The notes under the pieces are model-generated. The model made no database searches and was not told the DNA's origin. It saw nothing but the letters and a program-made list of their open reading frames with translations. From Chitinophagales bacterium (GTDB lineage Bacteria > Bacteroidota > Bacteroidia > Chitinophagales > Chitinophagaceae): a DNA stretch of 64,000 nt. The translations under genes were made by a program, and so were the position numbers. Below are positions 49,476-59,666 of the stretch, one piece after another; the first letter of the stretch is position 1; each line of letters begins with the position of its first letter. The stretch spans positions 20,309 through 84,308 of the forward strand of contig JAURJU010000030.1 of the NCBI GenBank assembly GCA_030832085.1, given 5' to 3'.

Positions 49476-50261
49476 TTATCCCCTGCGATCTCTTCCGCCG
49501 CCGCCACGACGATCATCACGACCACCGCCACCGCCGCGTCTGTCATCACGTCCACCAGACGGACGGGAATCCCTTCTCTCAGGACCATCAGCCTTGGTAC
49601 CGCTCACAAAATTTGGATTCAGGTCACGCTTTGCCAATACCTCACCTTTACAAATCCAGATCTTCAAACCGATCTTTCCGTAAACAGTTTGTGCAAAAAC
49701 AGAAGCGTAATCAATATCCATCCTGAATGTATGCAGCGGAACGCGACCTTGCTTGATTTCTTCAGAACGGGCAATTTCAGCGCCGCCCAGACGACCACTC
49801 GCCTTTATTTTGATTCCTTCAGCACCCAAGCGCATTGTTGAAGCAATGGCCATTTTAATGGCACGCTTGAAGTTGATGCGGTTTTCAATTTGCTTGGCGA
49901 TGGTTTCACCAACAATTTGGGCATCCAACTCCGGCCTGCGGATTTCAAGGATGTTGATCTGAACATCTTCCTTGCCGGTGAGCTTCTTCAACTCCTCCTT
50001 GATCCTGTCCACTTCTCCACCACCTTTACCAATGATGATACCAGGCTTGGAAGTGTGGATGGTGATGATCAGTTTATTGAGGGTTCTCTCAATAACAATT
50101 TTTGCAATTCCACCCTTGTTGATACGGGCATTCAGATAACCACGGATCTTGGTATCCTCGATCAGCTTGTGAGCATAATCTTTTTTGCTACCATACCAGT
50201 TACTCTCCCAGCCGCGGATGATGCCTAACCTATTGCCAATTGGATTCGTTTTTTGACCCAT
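49476..50261 (-). CDS. rpsC: 30S ribosomal protein S3, with Gly/Arg/Asp-rich C-terminal tail
   Basis: [40 protein letters not shown]. Confidence 0.98.
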   Translation of the reverse strand: MGQKTNPIGNRLGIIRGWESNWYGSKKDYAHKLIEDTKIRGYLNARINKGGIAKIVIERTLNKLIITIHTSKPGIIIGKGGGEVDRIKEELKKLTGKEDVQINILEIRRPELDAQIVGETIAKQIENRINFKRAIKMAIASTMRLGAEGIKIKASGRLGGAEIARSEEIKQGRVPLHTFRMDIDYASVFAQTVYGKIGLKIWICKGEVLAKRDLNPNFVSGTKADGPERRDSRPSGGRDDRRGGGGGRDDRRGGGGRDRRG

Positions 50262-50282
50262 TATGATTCAGTTTGAAAGTTC

Positions 50283-50621
50283 TTAATTTTTTACGTCAAC
50301 AATAACTGTTACGTGATTGCTGCGCTTGCGCATGCGATAAGCTCTACCTTGAGGTGCTGGAAGCATTCTTTTGATGCTGCGTGCTCCGTCAACAAAGATT
50401 GTTTTTACAACCAATGCCTCAACGTTGCCACCTTCATTCTTTTGCTTCCAGTTGCTCACTGCGGACATCACCAATTTGCGGAGTGGTGTGGCACTGTGTT
50501 GCGGATGATGCTCGAGGATCGCTACGGCTTGCTCTACCTTCATCCCGCGAATATGATCCGCCAAAAGGCGCATCTTACGGGGGGATGTTGGGTGATTTCT
50601 CAATTTTGCTATTGCTTCCAT
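50283..50621 (-). CDS. rplV: 50S ribosomal protein L22
   Basis: SPRKMRL.AD.IRG, PQGRA..RKRSNH.T. Confidence 0.96.
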   Translation of the reverse strand: MEAIAKLRNHPTSPRKMRLLADHIRGMKVEQAVAILEHHPQHSATPLRKLVMSAVSNWKQKNEGGNVEALVVKTIFVDGARSIKRMLPAPQGRAYRMRKRSNHVTVIVDVKN

Positions 50622-50664
50622 AATATATTTTTTCTGTTTTCGGGTTTATCGGTCCGAAAAATGA

Positions 50665-50934
50665 TTAAACTTTCTTGCTTGAATGTCCTCTGAAATTCCT
50701 GGTTGGGGAAAATTCGCCCAATTTGTGACCTACCATGAATTCAGTAACGTAGACAGGTATGAATTTGTTTCCGTTGTGAACCGCGAAAGTATGACCAACG
50801 AAATCAGGTGTAATGGTGCTTCTGCGGCTCCACGTTTTTACAACTGCTCTTTTGGATTTACCATCATTCATCGCTTCAACCTTCTTCTCTAGCTTGGCCG
50901 CTACATACGGACCTTTTCTTATTGAACGAGCCAT
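50665..50934 (-). CDS. rpsS: 30S ribosomal protein S19
   Basis: [31 protein letters not shown]. Confidence 0.98.
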   Translation of the reverse strand: MARSIRKGPYVAAKLEKKVEAMNDGKSKRAVVKTWSRRSTITPDFVGHTFAVHNGNKFIPVYVTEFMVGHKLGEFSPTRNFRGHSSKKV

Positions 50935-50970
50935 AATATTGGTTTCTTGTTGTGAGTTCTTTTCTTGTGA

Positions 50971-51810
50971 TTATTTAGCGAGCTTTTTGCCATTCTTGCG
51001 TTGGATGATCAGTTTATCACTTCCTTTTCCGCGTGTCCTGGTTTTTTCGCCTTTTGCATATTTACCAGTACGGCTGCGGGGATGACCACCTGAAGACCTG
51101 CCTTCACCACCACCCATTGGGTGATCAACAGGATTCATCGCAACACCACGTGTGCGTGGACGAATACCTTTCCAGCGGTTTCTTCCTGCCTTACCCATGC
51201 TTTCGAGGCTATGGTCAGAGTTTGAAAGAACACCAACTGTCGCGAAACAATTGATCAAGACTTTTCTCAACTCGCCAGAAGGCATTTTTAATACTGCATA
51301 TTTCTCTTCCTTGTTGGTCAATTGGGCTGAAGTACCAGCGCTTCTGGCAATCTTTCCACCCTGACCAGGCTGCATTTCAATGTTGTGAACATTGGTACCC
51401 AATGGCATGTTTTTCATCATCAGGGCATTTCCAATTTCTGGAGCTACCGCATTTCCACTGATAACAGTCATTCCCACTTCCAAGCCTTGTGGAGCAAGCA
51501 TGTAACGCTTTTCACCATCAGCATAATTGAGAAGGGCTATGAAAGCAGTCCTGTTTGGATCATACTCAATGGAAGCAACCTTTGCAGGCACCTCATGCTT
51601 GTTGCGCTTGAAGTCGATGATGCGGTACATTTTTTTGTTTCCGCCTCCGATATAGCGCATTGAGCGGTGACCTTGAGCATTTCTACCACCGGTTTTCTTG
51701 ACTGTCTCCAGAAGAGATTTCTCAGGAGTTGATGTGGTAACTTCAGCATAAGCGTTGCCGATCCTCCACCTGGTTCCCGCTGTAATGGGTTTGTACTTCT
51801 TTAATGGCAT
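50971..51810 (-). CDS. rplB: 50S ribosomal protein L2
   Basis: [28 protein letters not shown]. Confidence 0.98.
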   Translation of the reverse strand: MPLKKYKPITAGTRWRIGNAYAEVTTSTPEKSLLETVKKTGGRNAQGHRSMRYIGGGNKKMYRIIDFKRNKHEVPAKVASIEYDPNRTAFIALLNYADGEKRYMLAPQGLEVGMTVISGNAVAPEIGNALMMKNMPLGTNVHNIEMQPGQGGKIARSAGTSAQLTNKEEKYAVLKMPSGELRKVLINCFATVGVLSNSDHSLESMGKAGRNRWKGIRPRTRGVAMNPVDHPMGGGEGRSSGGHPRSRTGKYAKGEKTRTRGKGSDKLIIQRKNGKKLAK

Positions 51811-51846
51811 GTTTTTATTTTTTTACCCTTAGGGCTACTTTTTCAA

Positions 51847-52146
51847 TTAAATGTTTGCGTAGAGGTCAATGGTTTCCCCTTGTCCAACAGTTACATAAGC
51901 TTTCTTGAAAGAAGGCTTTCTACCGCTGATTACACCTGCTTTTGTAAAACGGCTTTTGCTCTTGGCAGGAGCAACTGCAGTCCTTACATCATCAACTGTC
52001 ACACCATAGAAATCTTCAACCGCTTTCTTGATCTCCAATTTGTTGGCCGAACGGGCAACCTTGAAAGAATAAACACGGTTTTTTTCTGAAAGCTGGTTTG
52101 CCTTCTCAGAAAGAATGGGCTTTACCAGAACATCAGCAAGTTTCAT
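51847..52146 (-). CDS. rplW: 50S ribosomal protein L23
   Basis: KPILSEKA, ANKLEIK.AVE, KKAYVT. Confidence 0.96.
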   Translation of the reverse strand: MKLADVLVKPILSEKANQLSEKNRVYSFKVARSANKLEIKKAVEDFYGVTVDDVRTAVAPAKSKSRFTKAGVISGRKPSFKKAYVTVGQGETIDLYANI

Positions 52147-52175
52147 ATCTCTTGTTTAAATTTTTAAAAAATCAA

Positions 52176-52814
52176 TTAAGCTTCAGCACCCTCTTCCATT
52201 TCTGCAAACAATTTTGCTGCAGACTCAGTGAGAACAAGGACATCCGCATTCATCACATCATATGTGTTGATGTCGGAAAGAACTGAAGTAAGCACAGAAG
52301 GAATGTTCCTTGCACTTACAAAAACATTCTCATTGAGATCGGGCATTACATACAGCGATTTCTTGTTGGTCAGGTTGAGTCCTTTCAACATAGATGCAAA
52401 GCTGCTTGTCTTTGGCGCTTCCAACTGAAGGTCTTCGACAACAACGATTGCGTTGGCCTTGTTCTTGTGGCTCAAGGCACTGATTTTTGCCAGATCTTTC
52501 ACCCTGCGGTTCAGTTTGATGTCATAGCTGTGTGGCTTTGGTCCGAAAATGGTACCACCACCTTTGTACAAAGGGTTGCGGATATTGCCTTTACGGGCAC
52601 CACCGGTTCCTTTTTGCTTGTGGAGTTTTCTGCTCGCACCCTGAACCTCTGCACGTGTTTTAACCTTGTGTGTACCTTGGCGTTGTGCAGCCAGATACTG
52701 CTTTACAGCAAGGTAAATCACATGGTTGTTTGGCTCTGCGCCAAATATATCTTCCGGCAAATCTACTGTCCTGCCGGTCTTGCTTCCTGATATTGATAAT
52801 ACGTCTACTTGCAT
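52176..52814 (-). CDS. rplD: 50S ribosomal protein L4
   Basis: RQGTHKVKTRAEV.G, QKGTGGAR.G, GGG.IFGPKP. Confidence 0.97.
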   Translation of the reverse strand: MQVDVLSISGSKTGRTVDLPEDIFGAEPNNHVIYLAVKQYLAAQRQGTHKVKTRAEVQGASRKLHKQKGTGGARKGNIRNPLYKGGGTIFGPKPHSYDIKLNRRVKDLAKISALSHKNKANAIVVVEDLQLEAPKTSSFASMLKGLNLTNKKSLYVMPDLNENVFVSARNIPSVLTSVLSDINTYDVMNADVLVLTESAAKLFAEMEEGAEA

Positions 52815-52829
52815 GATCACTGCGTTGAA

Positions 52830-53447
52830 TTAGTTCTGAATATAAACGATGGAGCCATTGTGTCCTGGTACGCAACCACTGATGAGAACATAGTTCTTTT
52901 CAGCAAAGATTTTTACAACCTTCAGACCCTTGACCTTTACACGATCACCGCCCATACGGCCAGCCATGCGCATTCCCTTGAATACCCTTGAGGCATCAGA
53001 GGAGTTACCGATGGAACCTGGTGCACGCTGACGGTCATGTTGACCATGAGACTGTTGACCAACACCACTGAAACCATGGCGCTTTACAACACCCTGAAAA
53101 CCCTTACCCTTGGAAGTACCAACCACATCAACTTTTTCACCTTCAGCGAAAATTTCACATGTGATGGATTCACCAAGGGACTTTTCAAGACTGTAATCCC
53201 TGAATTCTTTTACAAAACTTTTTGGAGTGGATGAGGCCTTAGCGAAATGGCCTTTTTCTGATGCAATTGCTCTTTTTTCTGATTTCTCACCGTAGGAGAG
53301 CTGGAGAGCAGTGTAACCGTCGCTTTCTTGCGTTTTGACTTGGGTAACAACACATGGACCTGCTTCGATGACAGTGCAGGAGATCTGCTTCCCGTCGGGA
53401 CCGAAGATGCTTGTCATCCCGATTTTTTTTCCGATAATTCCTTTCAT
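52830..53447 (-). CDS. rplC: 50S ribosomal protein L3
   Basis: [38 protein letters not shown]. Start set at ATG 53447. Confidence 0.97.
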   Translation of the reverse strand: MKGIIGKKIGMTSIFGPDGKQISCTVIEAGPCVVTQVKTQESDGYTALQLSYGEKSEKRAIASEKGHFAKASSTPKSFVKEFRDYSLEKSLGESITCEIFAEGEKVDVVGTSKGKGFQGVVKRHGFSGVGQQSHGQHDRQRAPGSIGNSSDASRVFKGMRMAGRMGGDRVKVKGLKVVKIFAEKNYVLISGCVPGHNGSIVYIQN

Positions 53448-53715
53448 TGTACTTTGTTTATACCCTTTTCGGTTAAATGGACAGCATGTTGTTAACACAC
53501 TTCAATCCCAGTTTGCCATCGACCTTTTCCTTTTCCCCAAATCTTCAGGAGGGAAGTACCGACAGTAAACAAACCTCGAAGGGCCTGTTTATATTTCAAC
53601 TCTCTTTTGAGAGACAAAATTGATTTCAGCGCTCCTTTTTCTCATGCCAACGGCAATCAATTGGGAGATGAATAATAAAGAACTGTGGTGCCGCTTTTAG
53701 GAGCACCTGACCTCA
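53448..53715 (-). other. Long structured rpsJ-rplC intercistronic region (candidate cis-regulatory RNA)
   Basis: 268-nt spacer with several stems whose G-U pairs work only on the mRNA (minus) strand. Confidence 0.35.
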
Positions 53716-54021
53716 TCAGGCCTTGATCTCAACATCAACACCACTTGGAAGATCGAGCTTGCTCAATGCATCTACCGTGCGTGAAGAAGAGGTATAAATA
53801 TCAAGCAAACGCTTGTGCGTGCAAAGTTGGAACTGCTCACGTGCCTTCTTGTTGACGTGTGGGGATTTCAAAACGGTGAAAATCCTTTTCTGTGTAGGCA
53901 AGGGAATTGGGCCAGTAATGACTGCTCCTGTACTGCGTACAGTTTTCACAATCTTCTCTGCTGATTTGTCAACCAGATTGTGGTCGTACGACTGTAATTT
54001 TATTCTGATTCGCTGTGACAT
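53716..54021 (-). CDS. rpsJ: 30S ribosomal protein S10
   Basis: [39 protein letters not shown]. Confidence 0.98.
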   Translation of the reverse strand: MSQRIRIKLQSYDHNLVDKSAEKIVKTVRSTGAVITGPIPLPTQKRIFTVLKSPHVNKKAREQFQLCTHKRLLDIYTSSSRTVDALSKLDLPSGVDVEIKA

Positions 54022-54050
54022 AGTTAAATGGCCATTTTTTAAATGGGATG

Positions 54051-54081
54051 CAAAAGTATGGATTTGTTTTATACTTACAAA
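54051..54081 (-). promoter_or_regulatory. Complete sigma-70 promoter for rpsJ (S10-spc operon)
   Basis: TTTG, 19 nt spacer, TACTTTTG, then CATCCC. Confidence 0.8.
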
Positions 54082-54121
54082 AGAAAATTGCTGATTTTTC
54101 GACAGAATCGGAGCTATTTTT

Positions 54122-54155
54122 AAAAATAAAAAGGCCCCGGTAAAAACCAGGGCCT
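54122..54155 (-). terminator. Intrinsic terminator after fusA
   Basis: AGGCCCTGG-TTTTA-CCGGGGCCT followed by TTTTATTTTT. Confidence 0.85.
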
Positions 54156-54181
54156 AATATTCTGCAGATCAATCACTTATG

Positions 54182-56326
54182 TTACTCTTTTGATTTGCCC
54201 TTGACCCTTGCTATCACTTCTTCTGCGATGTTGTTGGGGGCTGGATTGTAGTGAGAGAACTCCATGGTTGAGGAAGCGCGACCTGATGACAGGGAGCGAA
54301 GCTGGGTAACGTACCCGAACATTTCGCTCAACGGAACCTTGGCCTTGATGACCTGGGCTCCTGCCCTGCTGTCCATGCCTTCAAGCATACCCCTTCTCCT
54401 GTTCAGATCCCCGGTAACGTCTCCCATGTATTGTTCTGGGGTGATTACCTCTATTTTCATGATGGGTTCAAGCAATACTGGCTTGGCCTTGCGGGCTGCC
54501 TCGCGGAAACCACCTTTTGCACAAAGTTCAAATGACATTGAATCAGAGTCAACCTGGTGGAAGCTGCCATCAAAAATCCTGACTTTCATGCTTTCCACGG
54601 GATAGTTGGCAAGTACGCCGGTAGACATGGATTGCTCGAAACCTTTTTGTATGGCCGGAATAAATTCCCTTGGAATGGAGCCACCAAAGATATCGTTGAC
54701 GAACTGCATTGATTTTCCTGGATTTTCAGTCAGCCATTCTGCGTCTGCAGGACCAAATTCGAAGACAATGTCTGCGAACTTACCGCGTCCACCCGTTTGC
54801 TTTTTCAGGGTTTCACGGTGTTGTACTGTAGCATGGAAGGCCTCCTTGTACGCAACCTGGGGTGCACCTTGGTTGACTTCAACCTTGAATTCCCTGCGCA
54901 TACGGTCTACGATGATTTCAAGGTGCAATTCACCCATACCACTGAGGATGGTCTGCCCGGTTTCTTCATCGGTTCTAACACGCAAGGTAGGATCTTCCTC
55001 AACAAGCTTTGCGATGGCCATACCCATCTTGTCTACATCAGCTTGTGCCTTTGGCTCGACGGCAACAGAGATTACAGGTTCAGGAATGAACATGTTCTCA
55101 AGCACTATTGGGTGATCTTCGTCACAAAGTGTATCTCCTGTTTTGATTTCCTTGAATCCAACTGCAGCACCAATGTCTCCAGCTTCAATGAAATCAATTG
55201 GATTTTGCTTGTTGGCAAACATCTTCATGATACGGCTGATGCGCTCTTTCTTGCCGCTTCGCACGTTCAATACATATGAACCTGCATCAAGATGGCCAGA
55301 GTAAACCCTGAAGAATGCGAGACGTCCTACAAAAGGATCGGTCATAATCTTGAAGGCGAGTGCAGCAAATGGTTCAGAAGCCAAAGGCTTGCGGACCACG
55401 GTCTCGCCACTGTCAGGGTTGATTCCCTCTACAGCATCAATGTCTACTGGAGCAGGCAGGTAACGACAAACCGCATCCAGTGCTGTTTGAACACCCTTGT
55501 TCTTGAAGGAAGATCCACACATCATTGGAACAATACTGAGATCAATTGCCGCTTTGCGGATGGCCTCATGCACTTCATCTTCAGAGATGGTGGTTGGATC
55601 ATCAAAGAATTTCTCCAACAATTTATCATCGTATTCAGCAACAGCCTCAATGAGGTTTTGCCTCCATTCATTGGCTTCTTCCACCATATCAGCAGGAACA
55701 GGAATCTCGTCAAAAGTCATTCCCTCAGTCTCCATGTGCCAAATGATTCCTTTCATCTTGATCAAATCAACCACACCGGTAAAGTTGTCTTCGGCTCCAA
55801 TGGGAAGTTGCAATGGTACTGCTTTGGCTCCAAGCATTTCCTTCACCTGGCGGACAACCATCAGGAAGTCTGCACCGCTACGGTCCATCTTGTTGACAAA
55901 TCCAATGCGTGGCACCTTGTAACGGTTGGCTTGGCGCCAAACGGTCTCTGACTGAGGTTCAACCCCGTCAACAGCAGAGAACAGTGCAATCAAGCCGTCC
56001 AGAACGCGCATGGAACGCTCAACCTCAACTGTGAAGTCAACGTGACCTGGAGTATCAATGATGTTGAAATAATACTTTTGGGTATCAGGTGTTGCCTTAC
56101 CCAAGACAGTCGGGAAATTCCACTGACAGCTAACCGCAGCAGAAGTAATGGTAATTCCACGCTCTTTTTCCTGCTCCATCCAGTCTGTGGTGGCTGCACC
56201 ATCATGCACTTCCCCGATTTTATGGATCATTCCTGTGTAGCGCAGGATACGCTCTGTTGTAGTGGTTTTACCAGCATCGATGTGTGCCGCAATACCGAAA
56301 TTCCGTTGAAATTTTAAGTCTGCCAT
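54182..56326 (-). CDS. fusA: Elongation factor G
   Basis: [48 protein letters not shown]. Confidence 0.99.
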   Translation of the reverse strand: MADLKFQRNFGIAAHIDAGKTTTTERILRYTGMIHKIGEVHDGAATTDWMEQEKERGITITSAAVSCQWNFPTVLGKATPDTQKYYFNIIDTPGHVDFTVEVERSMRVLDGLIALFSAVDGVEPQSETVWRQANRYKVPRIGFVNKMDRSGADFLMVVRQVKEMLGAKAVPLQLPIGAEDNFTGVVDLIKMKGIIWHMETEGMTFDEIPVPADMVEEANEWRQNLIEAVAEYDDKLLEKFFDDPTTISEDEVHEAIRKAAIDLSIVPMMCGSSFKNKGVQTALDAVCRYLPAPVDIDAVEGINPDSGETVVRKPLASEPFAALAFKIMTDPFVGRLAFFRVYSGHLDAGSYVLNVRSGKKERISRIMKMFANKQNPIDFIEAGDIGAAVGFKEIKTGDTLCDEDHPIVLENMFIPEPVISVAVEPKAQADVDKMGMAIAKLVEEDPTLRVRTDEETGQTILSGMGELHLEIIVDRMRREFKVEVNQGAPQVAYKEAFHATVQHRETLKKQTGGRGKFADIVFEFGPADAEWLTENPGKSMQFVNDIFGGSIPREFIPAIQKGFEQSMSTGVLANYPVESMKVRIFDGSFHQVDSDSMSFELCAKGGFREAARKAKPVLLEPIMKIEVITPEQYMGDVTGDLNRRRGMLEGMDSRAGAQVIKAKVPLSEMFGYVTQLRSLSSGRASSTMEFSHYNPAPNNIAEEVIARVKGKSKE

Positions 56327-56406
56327 GACTGTGCTTATTGTTTAAAAAGTTTTGTTTTTAAGGCAATCGATTGCCCCCCCCTTGGGGAGACCTGCTTTTG
56401 CGGGTG

Positions 56407-56414
56407 CAAAGTTA
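56407..56414 (-). promoter_or_regulatory. -7 element of an internal fusA promoter
   Basis: TAACTTTG followed by CACCCGC, immediately downstream of the rpsG terminator. Confidence 0.65.
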
Positions 56415-56435
56415 TGAAATGCCCCGCATAAACCG

Positions 56436-56468
56436 AAATAAAAAAGGGTTGCCAAACGACAACCCTTT
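56436..56468 (-). terminator. Intrinsic terminator after rpsG
   Basis: AAAGGGTTGTC-GTTT-GGCAACCCTTT followed by a T run. Confidence 0.8.
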
Positions 56469-56488
56469 CCATTGAATATTCTCTTGTG

Positions 56489-56956
56489 TTAGACACGGAA
56501 ATGCGCAAAAGCCTTGTTTGCCTCAGCCATGCGGTGTGTGTCCTCTTTCTTTTTGAATGCTCCACCTTCACCCTTGCTTGCAGCTACGATTTCATTGGCA
56601 AGCTTATCCGCCATGCTGCGACCGTTGCGCTCTCTTGCAAAACGAACCATCCATTTGATGCTGAGTGAAATTTTCCTGTCAGGGCGTACTTCAGAAGGAA
56701 TCTGAAAGGTTGCCCCACCGATACGACGGCTTCTTACCTCAACAGCTGGAGTAACATTGTTCAAAGCTTTTCTCCAAACTTCATATCCATCTTCGCCGGT
56801 CATTTTGGCTACTTTGTCGATGGCATCATAAAAAATAATCAATGATGCATCTTTCTTTCCCTGCCACATTACATTGTTGATGAAACGTGTCACCAAGGTA
56901 TCGTTGAACTTTGGATCTGGCGCAAGGGGTAATTTTTTAGCTCTGGACTTCCTCAT
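56489..56956 (-). CDS. rpsG: 30S ribosomal protein S7
   Basis: [31 protein letters not shown]. Confidence 0.98.
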   Translation of the reverse strand: MRKSRAKKLPLAPDPKFNDTLVTRFINNVMWQGKKDASLIIFYDAIDKVAKMTGEDGYEVWRKALNNVTPAVEVRSRRIGGATFQIPSEVRPDRKISLSIKWMVRFARERNGRSMADKLANEIVAASKGEGGAFKKKEDTHRMAEANKAFAHFRV

Positions 56957-56981
56957 CTATGTGGATTTCGATGTTTAGATA

Positions 56982-57362
56982 TTATTTTTTGACTTTTACG
57001 CGCTTGGTACCATATTTGGAACGGCTCTTCTTGCGGTCTTTTACACCGGCAGTATCCAAGCTACCCCTTACAATGTGGTAACGAACACCGGGAAGATCCT
57101 TCACACGACCACCCCTGATCAAAACGATGGAGTGTTCCTGCAGGTTGTGGCCTTCACCAGGAATGTATGCGATAACCTCGATTTTGTTGGTCAAACGAAC
57201 TTTCGCAACCTTTCTCAAGGCTGAGTTTGGTTTCTTTGGAGTGGTGGTATATACACGGGTACATACTCCGCGGCGCTGCGGACAAGCATCGAGGGCCCTA
57301 GATTTGCTCTTGGCCTTGATGATTTCTCTTCCTTTTCTTACGAGCTGTTGAATTGTAGGCAT
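56982..57362 (-). CDS. rpsL: 30S ribosomal protein S12
   Basis: [32 protein letters not shown]. Confidence 0.99.
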   Translation of the reverse strand: MPTIQQLVRKGREIIKAKSKSRALDACPQRRGVCTRVYTTTPKKPNSALRKVAKVRLTNKIEVIAYIPGEGHNLQEHSIVLIRGGRVKDLPGVRYHIVRGSLDTAGVKDRKKSRSKYGTKRVKVKK

Positions 57363-57386
57363 TCTACCCTTTTTTTAACGGGACGG

Positions 57387-57417
57387 CAAAAGTATGAATT
57401 AATTTTCAAAAACCAAA
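57387..57417 (-). promoter_or_regulatory. Complete sigma-70 promoter for rpsL-rpsG
   Basis: TTTG, 19 nt spacer, TACTTTTG, then CCGTCCC. Confidence 0.8.
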
Positions 57418-57448
57418 CGCCAATCCCAAATTTTTATACAAACCGCTA

Positions 57449-58519
57449 CTACCCTTGGATAGAAAGCATCCAGCCACGGGGATCTGGGGCATTTCCGTCA
57501 CGTATTGAAGTCAAAATTGATTTCAGCTGGTCGGCCAGGTGCATGCTGGAAGGATCAAAATTCATGACAAAATCCTTGTACCGCAATTCCGCTATTTTGG
57601 CGATTGTCGCTGCGGTGCCGGCCCCAAAAGCCTCTGTAAGCGTTCCCGCTTTGTAAGCATCCACCAATTCATCAATGGAAATCTCACGCTCCTCAACAGT
57701 TTTTCCAAGGTCCCTGGCCACAGCTATAACGCTGTCCCGTGTTACCCCTTCCAAAATGGTTCCGGAATCCAAACCAGGTGTTACAATCACATCCCCAATC
57801 ACAAAAAAAACATTCATGGTGCCACATTCCTGAACATACTTGTGCGCGTGGGCATCCGTCCATAAAATTTGATCATACCCCCTCTGCTTGGCCACCGCAG
57901 CTGGATGAAGTGAAGCGGCATAATTGCCGGCAGTCTTCGCATAACCAACGCCGCCGGGAACTGCACGAACAAATTGCTCCTCCACATAAATCCTCATCGG
58001 AGCGGCATAATAGGGACCAACAGGGCTTAAGATAATCATGAATTTATAGGATGCCGAAGGATTGACCCCTATGATTTCATCGGTTGCAAACATGAATGGC
58101 CTGATGTAGAGGGAATGGTCATATTCTTCCGGAATCCAAGCGGCATCCACCTGAAGCAAGCGTTTCATTCCTCCTATGAATATCTCTTCTGGCACTTCGG
58201 GCATTTCCATGCGTGATGCAGAGCGGTTGAACCGTTTGAAATTGTCATAGGGCCTGAAAACAGCCTCTGTACCTGATTTCAGCCGGTAAGCCTTGATGCC
58301 TTCAAAGATAGACTGCCCGTAATGGATGGTTGCCAATGATGGGTCAAAACAGATGGGGCCGTACGGCAAGATCTCTGGCAATCCCCAAATTCCATTTCTG
58401 TATTCTGCAACAAGCATGTGGTCTGTAAAATGTTTTCCAAAGCCCAGGTTTTTGAAATCTACCGATGACATTTTGGATGTCGTGGCTTTTGTTATCTTTA
58501 TGTCTCCCATTGTCTGCAT
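57449..58519 (-). CDS. ilvE: Branched-chain amino acid aminotransferase
   Basis: HYGQSIFEGIKAY, LYIRPFM, AKTAGNYAA, ECGTMNVF, ILEGVTRDS, GTAA. Start may be ATG 58510. Confidence 0.93.
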   Translation of the reverse strand: MQTMGDIKITKATTSKMSSVDFKNLGFGKHFTDHMLVAEYRNGIWGLPEILPYGPICFDPSLATIHYGQSIFEGIKAYRLKSGTEAVFRPYDNFKRFNRSASRMEMPEVPEEIFIGGMKRLLQVDAAWIPEEYDHSLYIRPFMFATDEIIGVNPSASYKFMIILSPVGPYYAAPMRIYVEEQFVRAVPGGVGYAKTAGNYAASLHPAAVAKQRGYDQILWTDAHAHKYVQECGTMNVFFVIGDVIVTPGLDSGTILEGVTRDSVIAVARDLGKTVEEREISIDELVDAYKAGTLTEAFGAGTAATIAKIAELRYKDFVMNFDPSSMHLADQLKSILTSIRDGNAPDPRGWMLSIQG

Positions 58520-58562
58520 GAAGGAAATTTTTACAAAGTAACAAAATCAATGGGCAAGAACA

Positions 58563-59078
58563 ATGGAAAGCGTGAACATGGACCAAGAACAAAAAATCAA
58601 ATTGCCTGTTTCAGTGCTTTCTGGCCTCTTCAGCAACAGCCTGGTCGATGTTTCAACAGGAAAATCCATCGCTCAACAACCTTTGGCCCAAGAGGATTCC
58701 GTTAACGAAATCATAGCTGTTGGCACCTTGGTTGTAGCTGATGCAAATGGAAAACAACTGGCTCAACAACAACATGATTTTCTGGATGCCATCATGAAAG
58801 CCTGCAAACTGGAAAAGAAAAACTATCGGGTCTTGACCAACAATGAGCCGCAGTGCAGTGACTTTCAATCCATGCACAACCAATTCAAACATGCGGAATT
58901 GTTGCTTTTTGGCGTGGAGCCTTCTTCAATTGGCCTGCCCATCCATTTTCCGCACTTCCAGGTGCAATCCTTCCAAAAAGTGAAGTATCTATCTGCGCCC
59001 GCACTGGAAAAAATTGAAGCCGATAAGGGGTTGAAGATGCAACTTTGGCAATGTCTAAAACAACTGTTTCCAGGATGA
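58563..59078 (+). CDS. Conserved Bacteroidetes hypothetical protein (often labelled DNA Pol III psi-like)
   Basis: FLDAIMKACKL, LLLFG, K..LW..LKQLF C-terminus; ATGA overlap with rdgB. Confidence 0.55.
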   Translation: MESVNMDQEQKIKLPVSVLSGLFSNSLVDVSTGKSIAQQPLAQEDSVNEIIAVGTLVVADANGKQLAQQQHDFLDAIMKACKLEKKNYRVLTNNEPQCSDFQSMHNQFKHAELLLFGVEPSSIGLPIHFPHFQVQSFQKVKYLSAPALEKIEADKGLKMQLWQCLKQLFPG

Positions 59079-59665
59079 GAAAAATCATTTTTGCGTCAAA
59101 CAACCAACACAAGGCTGATGAAATCAGAAAGGTGATGGGAGAAGGTTTCGATATCATCACCCTTAAAGAGGCGGGCATTGAAATCGATATCCCTGAACCG
59201 CACAACACCCTTGAGGAAAATGCCCGTGAAAAATCAATGGTCATCCACAAAATGACAGGACTTGACTGTTTTTCTGAAGACACTGGACTTGAGGTGGATG
59301 CATTGTTTGGTGCGCCAGGCGTAAGGTCAGCAAGGTATGCGGGTGATCTGGCCTCTGCTGAAGACAACATCCGGAAGTTGCTCATGGAAATGAGGGGAAT
59401 GACCAACAGGGCAGCCCGCTTCAGGACTGTCATTTCACTGGTACTTGATGGGCAGGAGTTTCTTTTTGAGGGCAGCTGCGAAGGAGCCATATGCGAAGTC
59501 GCCTCCGGGACTGATGGTTTCGGTTACGACCCCGTATTCGTGCCGGAGCATCATGACAAAACCTTCGCCTCTTTGGGGCTTGAAGTAAAATCAGCCATCA
59601 GTCACCGTAAAATTGCGGTTGATAAAATGGTCCATTTTTTGAAGCACATTGAAAACAATCATTAG
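59075..59665 (+). CDS. rdgB: RdgB/HAM1 non-canonical purine NTP pyrophosphatase
   Basis: FASNNQHK, LEENA..K, SEDTGL.V.AL.GAPGV.SARY, GFGYDP.F, SHR..A. Confidence 0.93.
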   Translation: MRKIIFASNNQHKADEIRKVMGEGFDIITLKEAGIEIDIPEPHNTLEENAREKSMVIHKMTGLDCFSEDTGLEVDALFGAPGVRSARYAGDLASAEDNIRKLLMEMRGMTNRAARFRTVISLVLDGQEFLFEGSCEGAICEVASGTDGFGYDPVFVPEHHDKTFASLGLEVKSAISHRKIAVDKMVHFLKHIENNH

Positions 59666-59666
59666 C

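Noticed and set aside
53589-53645. 18-codon ORF MRKRSAEINFVSQKRVEI in the rpsJ-rplC spacer
   Set aside because: Too short and no coding evidence; it overlaps the predicted stems.
54022-54181. Absence of tuf after fusA
   Set aside because: Usual arrangement in Bacteroidota, where tuf is elsewhere.
54264-56317. Several 90-220 aa plus-strand ORFs opposite fusA (similar ones lie opposite ftsK, rpsA and secY)
   Set aside because: Typical antisense frames of highly expressed, codon-biased genes.
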